This document shows positions 9,790 through 19,646 of a DNA stretch of 64,000 nt, piece by piece. Position 1 is the stretch's first letter; each line of letters opens with the position of its first letter. A program made the position numbers and the translations under genes. The stretch spans positions 3,492 to 67,491 of the forward strand of contig DAOTYF010000026.1 of the NCBI GenBank assembly GCA_034434995.1. Reading direction: 5' to 3'. Source of the stretch: Anaerolineae bacterium (lineage in GTDB: Bacteria > Chloroflexota > Anaerolineae > Aggregatilineales > UBA3940). The notes beneath the pieces were generated by a model. It was not told where the DNA came from, made no database searches, and worked only from the letters and a program-made list of their open reading frames with translations.

Positions 9790-12437
9790 TGTTCTGGCTC
9801 CTCATCCTCGTAATCGCTGTAGAAGCCTGCTTCACCGGCTTCATACTCGCTCTCATCTTCCTCAAGGACTGCCCTAGCGGCTTGCTGAGCCTCCCGCTGG
9901 GCCAGCGCCCGCGCCGCCCATTCCTGAAGCGCGCCCCCCTCCGCAGCTAACGCCTCCTCGCGCTCCAGGCGCTGAAGCTCGTCGTGCAGCGCAATCGAAG
10001 CAACCGTATCGCCCTCCGCGAGGTTAATCAGTTGCACACCCTGGGTGTTGCGACCCATGCGAGATATCTCGGCGACCGCCGTGCGGAGCGCCTTGCCGTT
10101 GGTTGTGACTATTGTGACATGATCAGTGGGCCTGACCGCCCGCGCATCGATGACTGGGCCAGTCTTCTCATTACGGGCCAGGGTCCGCACCCCCACCCCA
10201 TAGCGACGTTGGCGCGGATAGTCGTTCTGTGAGCTGACTTTGCCATAGCCCTGGCGGGTGACGACCAGCACCTCCATCTCTGGGTCGGTGAGCACATCAA
10301 CCCCTGCCACCATATCTCCACGCCGGAGCCGGATGGCGTTGATTCCCCCCGCACTGCGCCCCGTCGCCCGAACCTGATCCTCATTGAAACGGATAGACTG
10401 GCCACTCATTGTGACAAGCAGAAGATCCTGACCGCCTTTAGTTAGCTTGACCCAACTCAACCGGTCACCATCGTCCAGAGAGATGGCGATTAGACCACTG
10501 GGCCGCACGGATTCGAAAGCCGAAACCTCAACACGCTTGATCCGCCCCTGGCGCGTGACCATTGTGCAATATTCCACCTCGTCGAAATCCGGGACAGGGA
10601 CAGCAGCAGTGATGGTTTCGTCTGGGCCAAGTGCCAGGATCGTATGCAGTAGCACACCCTTATCTGTCCGACCCGCGTCGGGTATCTGGTAGACCTTCTC
10701 GTGATAGACCTTGCCCCGATCAGAGAAAAACAGGATGCTATCGTGCGTTCGGGCTGCGAAGAGGTGCTGAACGTCGTCCGTTTCCTTGGTCACGATGCCA
10801 ATACGCCCCTTACCGCGCCGCCGTTGTGCGCGGTAGGCATTAACTGTTACCCGCTTGGCGTAGCCCTCACGGGTGATAAACACAAATACATCCTCATCGG
10901 GGATCAGGTCGGTTTCGTTGAGGCCCTCGCTGACGTCTGGAACGATCACCGTCCGCCGCGCATCGCCGTACTTCTCTGCTAGTTGGTTCAAGTCATCCCG
11001 GATCATGTACAGAATCTTCTTGGGATGTGCCAGCAAATCCTCGTACTCGGCGATCAGCTCGAGCAGGCGTTGGTACTCCTCTTCAATACTCTGGCGCTCC
11101 AGCGCGGCAAGGCGGCGAAGCTGCATATCGAGGATCGCCTGCGCCTGTGCCTCGCTGAGGTTAAAGTTCTCCATCAGGCGGTTGCGAGCATCCTCAGCGT
11201 CGTCACTGCTGCGGATGGTCTGGATTACTGCGTCCAGGTTGGCGATGGCTACGAGCAACCCTTCGAGCACGTGAGCGCGGCGGAGGGCGCGATCCAGTTC
11301 AAAGACGGTGCGCCGCTCAATCACCTCACGTCGGTGATTGATGTAGTGACGTAGTGCTGCTTTGAGGGACAGAAGGCGCGGCTCGCCATCGACCAAGGCC
11401 AGCATCTGAACTGCGAAGGTGCTTTGCAGGGGGGTGTACTTTAGAAGCCGGTTAATCACCGTCTTAGGCTGAGCGCCACGTTTTAGCTCGATGACGATGG
11501 ACATACCGTCGCGGTCTGACTCGTCGCGCAGGTCGGCGATCATATCGAGACGGCCCTCACGAGCCAGCGCCGCGATTCGTTCCAGGATGGACGACTTGTT
11601 GATCTGGTAAGGGATTTCGGTCACCACGATCCTGAAGCGCTCGCCATCCTCCATGGGTTCAGTATGCATGGCGGCGCGCATGACGACCCGTCCACGTCCC
11701 GTGGCGTAAGCGCTGACGATTCCCTCCATGCCGACGATAATGCCGCCGGTGGGAAAATCCGGCCCCTGGATGAAATGCAGCAGGTCTTCCGGTTTGACGT
11801 GATCCAGCTCCTCGTCGATCACCTCACCCTCTGGTGCGGCCATCTGGCCGATTAGATAGTCGACCGCCTGGGCAACCTCGACGAGGTTATGCGGGGGGAT
11901 GTTCGTTGCCATGCCAACGGCGATTCCGGCCACGCCGTTAAGCAACAGGTTAGGCAACCGGGCAGGCAGGATGAGAGGCTCCTGAAGAGTCCCGTCGAAG
12001 TTGTCGGTGAAGTCGACGGTGTTCTTGTCGATGTCTTCTAGCAGAATATCAGCCAGGGGTGAAAGCCGCGCTTCGGTATAGCGCATAGCAGCCGGGCTGT
12101 CGCCGTCAATGGAGCCGAAGTTTCCCTGGCCGTCAATCAAGGGGTAGCGCATGGAGAAGTCCTGCGCCATACGGGCCATGGCATCGTATACGGCGCTATC
12201 GCCGTGCGGGTGGTATTTGCCCAGCACCTCACCAACGATGCGGGCGCTCTTCTTATAGGGGGAATTCGCCCGGATGCCCATGTCATGCATCGCGTAGAGG
12301 ATGCGACGGTGCACGGGCTTCAAACCATCGCGCGCCTCAGGGAGGGCGCGCGCGACGATCACGCTCATGGCGTAATCGAGGTAAGAGTCCCGCATCTCCT
12401 CATTGATGTCGACGGGACGAACTGTACCAATCTCCAT
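9786..12437 (-). CDS. gyrA: DNA gyrase subunit A
   Basis: 883 aa. [29 protein letters not shown], the active-site region [11 protein letters not shown]-terminal beta-pinwheel repeats and an acidic tail are present. Confidence 0.97.
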   Translation of the reverse strand: MEIGTVRPVDINEEMRDSYLDYAMSVIVARALPEARDGLKPVHRRILYAMHDMGIRANSPYKKSARIVGEVLGKYHPHGDSAVYDAMARMAQDFSMRYPLIDGQGNFGSIDGDSPAAMRYTEARLSPLADILLEDIDKNTVDFTDNFDGTLQEPLILPARLPNLLLNGVAGIAVGMATNIPPHNLVEVAQAVDYLIGQMAAPEGEVIDEELDHVKPEDLLHFIQGPDFPTGGIIVGMEGIVSAYATGRGRVVMRAAMHTEPMEDGERFRIVVTEIPYQINKSSILERIAALAREGRLDMIADLRDESDRDGMSIVIELKRGAQPKTVINRLLKYTPLQSTFAVQMLALVDGEPRLLSLKAALRHYINHRREVIERRTVFELDRALRRAHVLEGLLVAIANLDAVIQTIRSSDDAEDARNRLMENFNLSEAQAQAILDMQLRRLAALERQSIEEEYQRLLELIAEYEDLLAHPKKILYMIRDDLNQLAEKYGDARRTVIVPDVSEGLNETDLIPDEDVFVFITREGYAKRVTVNAYRAQRRRGKGRIGIVTKETDDVQHLFAARTHDSILFFSDRGKVYHEKVYQIPDAGRTDKGVLLHTILALGPDETITAAVPVPDFDEVEYCTMVTRQGRIKRVEVSAFESVRPSGLIAISLDDGDRLSWVKLTKGGQDLLLVTMSGQSIRFNEDQVRATGRSAGGINAIRLRRGDMVAGVDVLTDPEMEVLVVTRQGYGKVSSQNDYPRQRRYGVGVRTLARNEKTGPVIDARAVRPTDHVTIVTTNGKALRTAVAEISRMGRNTQGVQLINLAEGDTVASIALHDELQRLEREEALAAEGGALQEWAARALAQREAQQAARAVLEEDESEYEAGEAGFYSDYEDEEPEQ

Positions 12438-12474
12438 TCAACTGCATCTCCCAGGGAACTTTAAGACCTGCGTA

Positions 12475-12503
12475 ATTATACCTCGCCGGGAGTAGCCCGA
12501 CCA
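12475..12503 (-). promoter_or_regulatory. promoter candidate for gyrA
   Basis: On the minus strand there is a perfect TATAAT (12480-12475) with a weak -35 (TGGTCG) 17 nt upstream, about 37 nt before the gyrA ATG. Confidence 0.3.
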
Positions 12504-12646
12504 TGCTCAGTGTGCCTGAGCGCCAACCCTAACGGGCGATTATGCATCGGTTGAAGGCTCTAGTGTCGCACGGATTCCTATTGCGGAGTTGAGGGGGCGG
12601 GTAACCCTCGCTACACTCTAGATGCGATCGCTACAGAAGGATATTT

Positions 12647-13090
12647 ATGCGCTTCCACCATCGATTCACGGTTCAATCTCACCTTCAAGCCGTTGCGGAT
12701 TTCCATCTCCATCCACAGGTGCTCAGGCAGATCACACCGCCACCGACGATCCTTCATCTCCACCACGCGCCTGATCCCATCCGGCAGGGTGATTCGCTGG
12801 CCTTCACCCTGTGGATTGGACCGTTCCCCGTCTACTGGGAATCGCACTTCCCAGAGGTCACACCCACAGGATTTCTGGATACCCAAGGGCGCGGCCCATT
12901 TCGATCCTGGCAGCACCGTCATACTTTTGTGCCCATTGATGTGCAAGCTACAGATATAGTGGATGAGATCGAGGCCCATCTGCGGCCTCATCCCTACTAT
13001 GGGCCAGTGGGTCTGCTAATGTGGTTGAGCCTGCCGTTTCTGTTCGCTTACCGGAAATGGAAAACCCGCCGACTGCTGCGACGAAAGTAA
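12647..13090 (+). CDS. SRPBCC-superfamily protein (COG4276-like) with a C-terminal TM helix
   Basis: 147 aa. The pattern L..ITPPP ... W.S.F ... FLDTQ..GPFRSWQHRHTF is characteristic of this SRPBCC/polyketide-cyclase-like family. Confidence 0.6.
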   Translation: MRFHHRFTVQSHLQAVADFHLHPQVLRQITPPPTILHLHHAPDPIRQGDSLAFTLWIGPFPVYWESHFPEVTPTGFLDTQGRGPFRSWQHRHTFVPIDVQATDIVDEIEAHLRPHPYYGPVGLLMWLSLPFLFAYRKWKTRRLLRRK

Positions 13091-13444
13091 ACGGCCCTGT
13101 CTGATGGGCGTAAGACAGGCCTCCTCCACCTCCAGGGACTCTCAAAAAGCTACTAGGAAGGTACGCGGCTCCGGATAGTGCTGGATCAGGTGAGCATGGC
13201 CTTCTTCCAGGGAGAGGTTGCTGTGATACTGAGCAGCAGCGCACCCTGCCCCGCCGCTAGAATAGGTGAGGTTGCTTGAGCTGTTCCCATGTCGCTTCAC
13301 CCCTCGATGGAGCAAACGTTGCGCCAGCTTCTGGCGAAAAAGCTCCACCAATGCCTCGACGATAAAGTCAGCGCGATACATCCATAGCCATCGTCCCTGC
13401 AAAAGCGGAGGCCGTTCGGCTATACCTTGCCCGTCTTAGTGCGC

Positions 13445-13473
13445 TTGACGGCTTAGAACGCAAGTGCTATCTT
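13445..13473 (+). promoter_or_regulatory. promoter candidate for the nurA-herA operon
   Basis: TTGACG (13445-13450), a 17-nt spacer, then TATCTT (13468-13473), about 64 nt upstream of ATG 13537. Confidence 0.35.
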
Positions 13474-13536
13474 AAGGGTCGGGATTGTTTGTAAAATATT
13501 TGTGCGAATGGTGCGGAAAGGCAGAAAGAGACAGCA

Positions 13537-14772
13537 ATGGCGCTGGAATTTCACAAACTGACGGATCAGGTGGATAAGATGGGGCAGGCCCTCGCCAGCC
13601 AGAAAACCGATCTGGATGTCAAGACCAAGATTGCCCTGCAGATCCTGGAAGCTTATGCTGACGAAGCCTTTCTGCCCGCCATTCAGCAACGAGTGCAGGA
13701 TGCGATCACCAAGGATGCGGGTTACCGGGGAGCACGCCCCCTCGATGAGCCACTGATGGCCGTTTACCCCGCTGCGCCGTTACCGGAAACGGCCACTGTG
13801 ATCGCCTGTGATGGATCACAGATCGCGCCTAATACGCATGGGGCTGCGCTTTACTATCTGCTCAACATCGGCACGATCATCGTCCATCACGGCAGCGGCG
13901 ATCCGCCGGAGATCGTCAGCCAGCCATACCTGTTCTATGAACCGGAATACCTGTACACGCAGGAACGGGGGCTGATTACGCCTACGGTCGTTGCAGCGCG
14001 CCGCACGGTCAGCGAGATGGCGGCGATTGCCGAACACGCCTGGCGGCAGCGCGACGAGGCACGTCCCATGCTGGCGCTGTTCGATGGGTCGTTGCTGATT
14101 CTGGGCATCAGCTCCGAGGTTCCTGACCGGGATGAATTATATGGCATCTACTTCAGTGCCATGACCCGCTTGATCGAGGTACAGGCCGGGCTGGCAGGGT
14201 ACATAGACAGGCCGCGCAGCAGCTTCATAGTCGGCCTGCTTCATCTGCTCGATCTAAGTGAGGAAATGGTGTCCCGCTCTGCCCTTGCCACTAATGGCCG
14301 GATCGAGGGGCTGTATGACACACATGTCTTTCGGTCGCTGCTTCAGCCGTCCGAGCGGACGGCTCTCTTTGTGCAGATGTCCCCGCAGAACAAGGAGTTC
14401 CGTCGTAGTGGGGGGGATACTCACGAGATCGCTTTCTTCTATGTGAATGTGGCAGCGCCCGGCGAAGCGGCCCACTTGGCGCGAATCGAAATCCCAATGT
14501 GGGTGGCTAACAACAGGCAGTTGGTGGCCGAGCTACAGGCGCTCATTTACCATCAGTGCCAGCAGCTTGCCTCGCGTTACCCCTACGTTCTGACCCGCGC
14601 TGACGAGTTGGCCGTCGTCAAGGGAGAGGAAGCTCGCCAACTCAATATTCTGATCCAGGTTGCTCTCAAGCGGCACGGGCTGGACAGCGCCGAGAGCGAG
14701 AAGCAAGCTACGAAAGAGGCCGCACGATCCCGCAAGACTCGCTTCAAGATCGGCCAAACAAGCGGGGGTTGA
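13537..14772 (+). CDS. nurA: NurA-family nuclease
   Basis: 411 aa. The NurA catalytic pattern is present: VIACDGSQI, ALFDGSLLILG and the C-terminal RYPYVLTRADELAVV. It lies in an operon with a HerA-type ATPase. Confidence 0.75.
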   Translation: MALEFHKLTDQVDKMGQALASQKTDLDVKTKIALQILEAYADEAFLPAIQQRVQDAITKDAGYRGARPLDEPLMAVYPAAPLPETATVIACDGSQIAPNTHGAALYYLLNIGTIIVHHGSGDPPEIVSQPYLFYEPEYLYTQERGLITPTVVAARRTVSEMAAIAEHAWRQRDEARPMLALFDGSLLILGISSEVPDRDELYGIYFSAMTRLIEVQAGLAGYIDRPRSSFIVGLLHLLDLSEEMVSRSALATNGRIEGLYDTHVFRSLLQPSERTALFVQMSPQNKEFRRSGGDTHEIAFFYVNVAAPGEAAHLARIEIPMWVANNRQLVAELQALIYHQCQQLASRYPYVLTRADELAVVKGEEARQLNILIQVALKRHGLDSAESEKQATKEAARSRKTRFKIGQTSGG

Positions 14773-14790
14773 TGCGAGAGGAGGCATGTA

Positions 14791-15408
14791 GTGGCTGGTT
14801 GGGATGAACCCATTGCGTATGTGCTGCGCTCCAGCACCGCAGGCTACTCCGCCGGAGCGGGGCTGAGCCAGATCGATATGCTGGCGTTTGGTATGGTGGT
14901 CAAAGCCCAGCCGAACTCCAACCCACAGGAGAGCGTGTATGGGCTGTTGTACGATATTCACATCGATGACGACCCGCTCGTGCGCCAGCTCGTGCTGGCG
15001 GAAGCGGTGAGTGAAGAGACAATCCGCGATCAGCGTCACCACCGCATTGCGCCTGTCGAGATGAGTGTGTTGGCGATTGGTTACCGCGACCTGGATGGTG
15101 GGATCCGCCACGCCCTGCCGCCGCGCCCGCCCGTCAGCCTCGCGCCAGTTTATCTGTGCAACGACGCTGAGACGCGCGAGGTGACAGAGCGCTTTGATTA
15201 CTTCCGCCTTGTGTTGAGCGCTTCGGATGCTCCTGGTGAGCAATTACTGGCAGCGACGTTGCTCCGTGCCGCCGCCACACGTCGGGAGCAGGAGCAATAT
15301 GAATACCTGGTCCGGGCTGGACGAGAGGCTGCTCGCTTGCTGATCAATGACATGGCTCGGCTGGACTATCTGCTCAGGCTTATTTACCCATACGAGGTTC
15401 AGCCCTAG
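14791..15408 (+). CDS. hypothetical protein, possible stand-alone HAS-barrel-like domain plus a helical tail
   Basis: 205 aa. A strong SD (GAGAGGAGG) lies 6 nt before GTG 14791. There is a tight 18-nt gap after nurA and a 22-nt gap before herA. The N-terminal segments parallel the HerA N-terminus by eye (see findings). I do not recognise a family. Confidence 0.6.
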   Translation: MAGWDEPIAYVLRSSTAGYSAGAGLSQIDMLAFGMVVKAQPNSNPQESVYGLLYDIHIDDDPLVRQLVLAEAVSEETIRDQRHHRIAPVEMSVLAIGYRDLDGGIRHALPPRPPVSLAPVYLCNDAETREVTERFDYFRLVLSASDAPGEQLLAATLLRAAATRREQEQYEYLVRAGREAARLLINDMARLDYLLRLIYPYEVQP

Positions 15409-15430
15409 GGAGCGGAGTGGAGAAGTGCCG

Positions 15431-17095
15431 ATGGCTAAGAAACGCAGTGAACTGGACGAGTACTTCGGGGTGCGCTCACCGCGGCTGGGGGTCGTGGTCG
15501 GTGGTTCGTTGAGTCACGGGCTGGAGGTCAAGCTCGACCCAAGCGTCGATATCGAGGAACTGGCAGTCGGGCGTTACGTGGTAGTGCATGGCAACCGGCG
15601 TCGCTTCTTCAGCATGATCACAGACATCGGGCTGGCCAGCACCAGCCCCCAGATCACGAGCAGCCCACCCGATATGTCCAACCCTTACCTTGCCGAAGTG
15701 TACCAGGGATCTATGGCGTACGGCACGATCCATATCGCGCCCATGCTGGTGATCACCGAACGGCGGCAGATCGAGCCGGTGCGGACGATCCCGCCGCACT
15801 TTCAAGAAGTATTGACCGCCACCGAGTTAGACATTAACGATGTGTTTGGCGATGAGGACGAAACACACTTCTATATTGGCGCACCGCTAGAATTGCTGGA
15901 CACCCAGATCAATGTTGATCTCAAACGGCTCACTGAGCGCTCAGTGGGGGTGTTCGGCAAGAGCGGCACAGGCAAGAGCTATCTGACTCGCATTCTGCTG
16001 TCCGGGGTGATCGCGCGTGGAGCTGCGGTTAACCTGATCTTTGACATGCACAACGATTATGGTTGGGAAGTGCTCAACGAGGAGGGCAGAAGGGACAAGG
16101 GCCTCAAGCAACTCTTCCCCAACCGCGTCTCGATCTTCACGCTGGACGACGAGTCGTCGCGGCGGCGCGGGGTGCGCCCCGACTACGTGGTGACGCTCGC
16201 CTACAGCGACATCGAACCAGAGGACCTGGCCGCCCTCAAGCAAACGATGGACCTGTCTGACACGATGCTTGATGCAGCACACATCCTCCGCCGGATGTGG
16301 GGCCGCGACTGGATTCAACAGCTCCTGACCGCTGAGCCACATGTGATCGAGGAATTGGTCAATACAACCACCATCAACGGCCCGGCCCTCACAGCCCTCA
16401 CCCGCCGCCTACAGCGATTCCAGCGTTTCGCTTTCCTGACGCCACAACCCGCTGGTGATTCTGTCAAGGCCATCATCGAGGCCCTGAATCAGGGTTACAG
16501 CGTGGTGTTGGAGTTTGGGCGGTACGGCAACGCGCTGGAAGCCTACATTTTGGTTGCTAACTACCTGACCCGCCGTATCCGTGAAAACTATGTCCACCGC
16601 GTCGAATCCTCGCTGGGTGATGAAGCCAAGCAGCCGCCGCAGTTGATGATCACCATCGAGGAAGCGCACAAATTCCTTGATCCCACCATCGCCCGTCAGA
16701 CGATATTCGGAACCATCGCCCGCGAGCTGCGTAAGTACAAGGTGACCTTGCTGGTTGTAGATCAGCGACCCAGCGCCATTGACGAGGAGGTCATGTCGCA
16801 GATCGGGACGCGGGTCACGGCCCTGCTGGACAACGAGCGCGACATCGTTGCTGTGCTGATGGGGGTCAGTGGGGCGCAGGGTCTGCGTGAGGTACTGGCG
16901 CGGCTCGACACCCGCCAGCAGGCCATTGTGATGGGCCATGCCGTGCCCATGCCAGTAGTCATCCAAACCCGTGCTTACGACGAAGCCTTCTATGCCGCAA
17001 TGGGCGCGCCGATCAAGGGGAGAAAACTGAAGCAGGCAGCCAGAGAGGGCAGCAAGGCGCTGTACGGCGACGAGGAGTTTGAGGGATTCGACTAG
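15431..17095 (+). CDS. herA: HerA-type (DUF87) hexameric ATPase/translocase
   Basis: It has an N-terminal HAS-barrel-like region, Walker A GVFGKSGTGKSYL, Walker B LMITIEEAHKF, and VVDQRPSAIDEEVMSQIGTRV. ATG 15431 is preferred over the track start 15347 because GGAG motifs lie upstream and it avoids overlap with the previous gene. Confidence 0.85.
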   Translation: MAKKRSELDEYFGVRSPRLGVVVGGSLSHGLEVKLDPSVDIEELAVGRYVVVHGNRRRFFSMITDIGLASTSPQITSSPPDMSNPYLAEVYQGSMAYGTIHIAPMLVITERRQIEPVRTIPPHFQEVLTATELDINDVFGDEDETHFYIGAPLELLDTQINVDLKRLTERSVGVFGKSGTGKSYLTRILLSGVIARGAAVNLIFDMHNDYGWEVLNEEGRRDKGLKQLFPNRVSIFTLDDESSRRRGVRPDYVVTLAYSDIEPEDLAALKQTMDLSDTMLDAAHILRRMWGRDWIQQLLTAEPHVIEELVNTTTINGPALTALTRRLQRFQRFAFLTPQPAGDSVKAIIEALNQGYSVVLEFGRYGNALEAYILVANYLTRRIRENYVHRVESSLGDEAKQPPQLMITIEEAHKFLDPTIARQTIFGTIARELRKYKVTLLVVDQRPSAIDEEVMSQIGTRVTALLDNERDIVAVLMGVSGAQGLREVLARLDTRQQAIVMGHAVPMPVVIQTRAYDEAFYAAMGAPIKGRKLKQAAREGSKALYGDEEFEGFD

Positions 17096-17159
17096 GGCGT
17101 GTCGACATTTGCGCTCCGGCGACTGAATTTCGCAGCCGGCACTCATCTTCCAGCCTCCC

Positions 17160-17204
17160 AATCAAACAGGGGCCAGGTTTGACCACCTGACCCCTGTTTG
17201 ATTT
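17160..17204. terminator. bidirectional Rho-independent terminator between convergent herA and the DUF4349 gene
   Basis: AATCAAACAGGGG(C)CAGGT-ttgacc-ACCTG(A)CCCCTGTTTGATT forms a 13+5 bp stem with one mismatch. T-rich runs follow on both strands. Confidence 0.7.
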
Positions 17205-17214
17205 GCCAGTGGCT

Positions 17215-18210
17215 TTAGCTTTCGCTGCCCGCAGCAGCCGCCTTGTGCGCACGCCGCCTGCGGATCAGGCCACGAACTGCTCGGAAGATCACGTAGCCTA
17301 CTGGTACGATCACCAGCAGCCAGGGCAAGCAGAAGATGCCAAAGAAGATCAGGAAATCGCCGACGCTGCGGAGGCTCTGGAGCAGCGCCTCGACAGCTTC
17401 TCGCACTGTCTCCGCTGGGCGCCAGCGTGTATCAACCGGCTGAGCCAGCACGTACGGGATCAGTTCAATGCTGATGCTCGACAGGGCTGCGCTCTGCTCA
17501 AGATATTGCATCCGGCCCTTGAGCGATTCGATCTCGGCCTCGCGCTGCGTCAACTGCGCCTCGGCCTGAAGCAGCTCCTCGGTGGACTGCGCGTTGTCCA
17601 TAATATGGAGCAGCCGGTCGCGGGCCGCTTCCAGGCTTTCCAGGCGAGCCTGCAGATCGACGTACTCCTCTGTCACGTCCTGGCCTGAGGTGCTAACGGA
17701 GGGTGTCGTACCTGCAACCGCCATCGCAGCTAGACGATCCATAGCCTCATCGAAACGAGTCGCCGGGACACGGATGGTCATATTCACGTAGGGAGAAGCA
17801 CCCGGTGCGCCGCCATATTCATTCGTGCTCACAATGAACGCACCCTGTGCTGCCATCTCGCTGACCATCGCCTCGACCGCGTCGCGGGCCACCCGTGTGT
17901 CCTCCACTGTAACAGAGATACTCCCCGTGCGGATGATCAGCCGCTCGATCACAACCTGATTGGCTGGCCCACCTGCCGCCTGGCTCGCCACATCGGCGTT
18001 GTAGGAGGGAGCAGCCGATTCTTCAACGAAGTCATAGCCTGCCTGTGGCGCAAGTGGCGCTCGTTCCACCACGTCAAGGGGGGTCACAGCGGCTCCTTCA
18101 GTAGGCAACGCAGCAGGTTGCCTTGCACGCGGGGCACAGGCGGACAGGACCATTAAAAGCACTACGATGAGTCCTGATATACCCAGGCGCATTCTTTTCT
18201 TCTCGCTCAT
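17215..18210 (-). CDS. DUF4349 domain-containing lipoprotein
   Basis: From ATG 18210 (SD GGAG upstream) the protein begins MSEKKRMRLGISGLIVVLLMVLSAC, a lipobox. It continues with the DUF4349-like pattern IIRTGSISVTVEDT..., coiled-coil LQARLESLEAARDRL..., and a C-terminal TM. The upstream 79 codons of the track ORF overlap the divergent thrE leader. Confidence 0.8.
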   Translation of the reverse strand: MSEKKRMRLGISGLIVVLLMVLSACAPRARQPAALPTEGAAVTPLDVVERAPLAPQAGYDFVEESAAPSYNADVASQAAGGPANQVVIERLIIRTGSISVTVEDTRVARDAVEAMVSEMAAQGAFIVSTNEYGGAPGASPYVNMTIRVPATRFDEAMDRLAAMAVAGTTPSVSTSGQDVTEEYVDLQARLESLEAARDRLLHIMDNAQSTEELLQAEAQLTQREAEIESLKGRMQYLEQSAALSSISIELIPYVLAQPVDTRWRPAETVREAVEALLQSLRSVGDFLIFFGIFCLPWLLVIVPVGYVIFRAVRGLIRRRRAHKAAAAGSES

Positions 18211-18358
18211 CTCCTCTGTCTCCCTTGTGATAGGCGCAAATAGGCGCGTTCTCTTTCCTGTCAAAGAGACGCTCTCGGGGCGCACTTGGTTCCCGCTCCT
18301 TATTGTACTACCATGTGAGCCACACAACCCCGTTACCGATTGCCGGAGAACATACGCC

Positions 18359-19126
18359 ATGACAGACTCCGATTCCCTTAGCCTCGATGCCAAGCTGAAC
18401 GTGCTGATCCGGGTAGGGGTGATGATGCTGGAAAACGGTGCAGCCACCTACCGTGTCGAAGAGACGATCAGCCGTCTGGGACGAGCCATCGGCCTGACGG
18501 CGGTTGAGTCGTTTGCCACCCCCACTGGCCTGATCCTGGAGGGGCTGAGTGCAGAAGGGAGGCTGACCCGGGTGAGGCGGGTGACCAACATGGGAGTCAA
18601 CATGGATCGTCTAGCGTTGATCGGCAATCTGTCCCGTGACGCCGCTGCGGGGCTGCTGACTCAGCAGCAGATCGTGGCACGGCTGGAAGAAATTGAACAG
18701 CATGAGGGTGTGTATTCAAACTGGCTGATTGTACTCGGCGTTTCGCTGGCGTGCGGCGCTTTCGCGCTGTTGTTTGGGGGTGGATGGTTGGAGTTCGCGG
18801 CGACCATCGTGGGGGCCGCGCTGGCAATGCTCATCCGGATCGCGCTGCGCCCTGCACGGCTGATGCCTCTGATGACAACCGCTACTGCTGCATTCGCAGC
18901 GACGGCGGCTAGCTCTATCGCTTGCCGATCACTCGTCTGTAACCAGCCCGATATCGCCGCAGTGGCGGCAGTGCTTCAGCTTGTGCCTGGGGTCCCGCTA
19001 GTCACCTCCGTGATCGACCTGGCAACGGGGGACATCATCTCCGGGATTTCGCGCGGCGCATATGCCATCCTTATCGCATTCGGGATCGGGTTGGGGATGC
19101 TCCTGTTTCTGGTCTGGGGGCTATGA
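18359..19126 (+). CDS. threonine/serine exporter family protein, N-terminal module (DUF1212, YjjP-like)
   Basis: From ATG 18359: MTDSDSLSLDAKLNVLIRVGVMMLENGAATYRVEETISRLGRAIGL, followed by several TM helices. This is the ThrE family pattern. Confidence 0.8.
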   Translation: MTDSDSLSLDAKLNVLIRVGVMMLENGAATYRVEETISRLGRAIGLTAVESFATPTGLILEGLSAEGRLTRVRRVTNMGVNMDRLALIGNLSRDAAAGLLTQQQIVARLEEIEQHEGVYSNWLIVLGVSLACGAFALLFGGGWLEFAATIVGAALAMLIRIALRPARLMPLMTTATAAFAATAASSIACRSLVCNQPDIAAVAAVLQLVPGVPLVTSVIDLATGDIISGISRGAYAILIAFGIGLGMLLFLVWGL

Positions 19127-19587
19127 AGATGTCCGTCGTCCTTCCTTACATCAAGGAGTTCCTACTCGCGGCTGTGGCTACTCTCGGCTTCTGCCTGCTC
19201 TTCAATGTGCCCCGCCATACCCTGATTGCCTGCTGCATCACCGGCGGGATCGGGCGGGCTGTGCGGCTGCTGGCCGCTGATGCGGGGGCTAGTCTGGCTG
19301 GAGCCTCATATATTGGGGCGCTTTTGGTTGCTATCATGGGGTATTTGCTGGCCCGGGCTTGTCGAACGCCGCGTATGGTGTTTACCGTTACAGGGGTGAT
19401 ACCGATGGTCCCCGGCGTGCCAGCCTTCAGCACGATGCTCCACATCAGCAATGGCAACTACAGCCAGGGTGTGGTTGATGCCATCCAAACCCTACTCATA
19501 GGTGGGGCGCTGGCGATGGGGCTGACCACCGTCCGCGTGATGACGCGCATACCAGGCCGCTCTGCCGACTCGATCTCCAAGCCCTGA
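19123..19587 (+). CDS. threonine/serine exporter family protein, C-terminal module (DUF3815, YjjB-like)
   Basis: 154-aa four-to-five-TM protein. Its start overlaps the preceding stop in ATGA (19123-19126). The two-gene arrangement resembles E. coli yjjP/yjjB. Confidence 0.75.
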   Translation: MKMSVVLPYIKEFLLAAVATLGFCLLFNVPRHTLIACCITGGIGRAVRLLAADAGASLAGASYIGALLVAIMGYLLARACRTPRMVFTVTGVIPMVPGVPAFSTMLHISNGNYSQGVVDAIQTLLIGGALAMGLTTVRVMTRIPGRSADSISKP

Positions 19588-19646
19588 CAAGGGGTTGGGC
19601 AGGATGAGCAATAACGATCCCTTATTACCAAACGAGGTTGTTTGAG

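Noticed and set aside
13091-13536. A 446-nt gap with a possible 79-86-aa minus-strand ORF (13142-13402; TTG start, or ATG at 13385), and a hairpin GGCC(C)TGTCT...AGACAGGCC at about 13093-13120
   Set aside because: The ORF has no SD or family signal and a weak start. I cannot tell a real small gene from noise or from a decayed fragment. The hairpin lacks a U-tract on the plus strand. It is worth a homology search but is not reportable as a gene.
18167-18447. Apparent 280-nt mutual overlap of the DUF4349 and ThrE track ORFs
   Set aside because: Both ORFs have internal ATG starts with SD sequences (18210 on the minus strand, 18359 on the plus strand). These give sensible N-termini (a lipoprotein signal and the ThrE N-terminus). 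With those starts there is a normal 148-nt divergent promoter region and no overlap.
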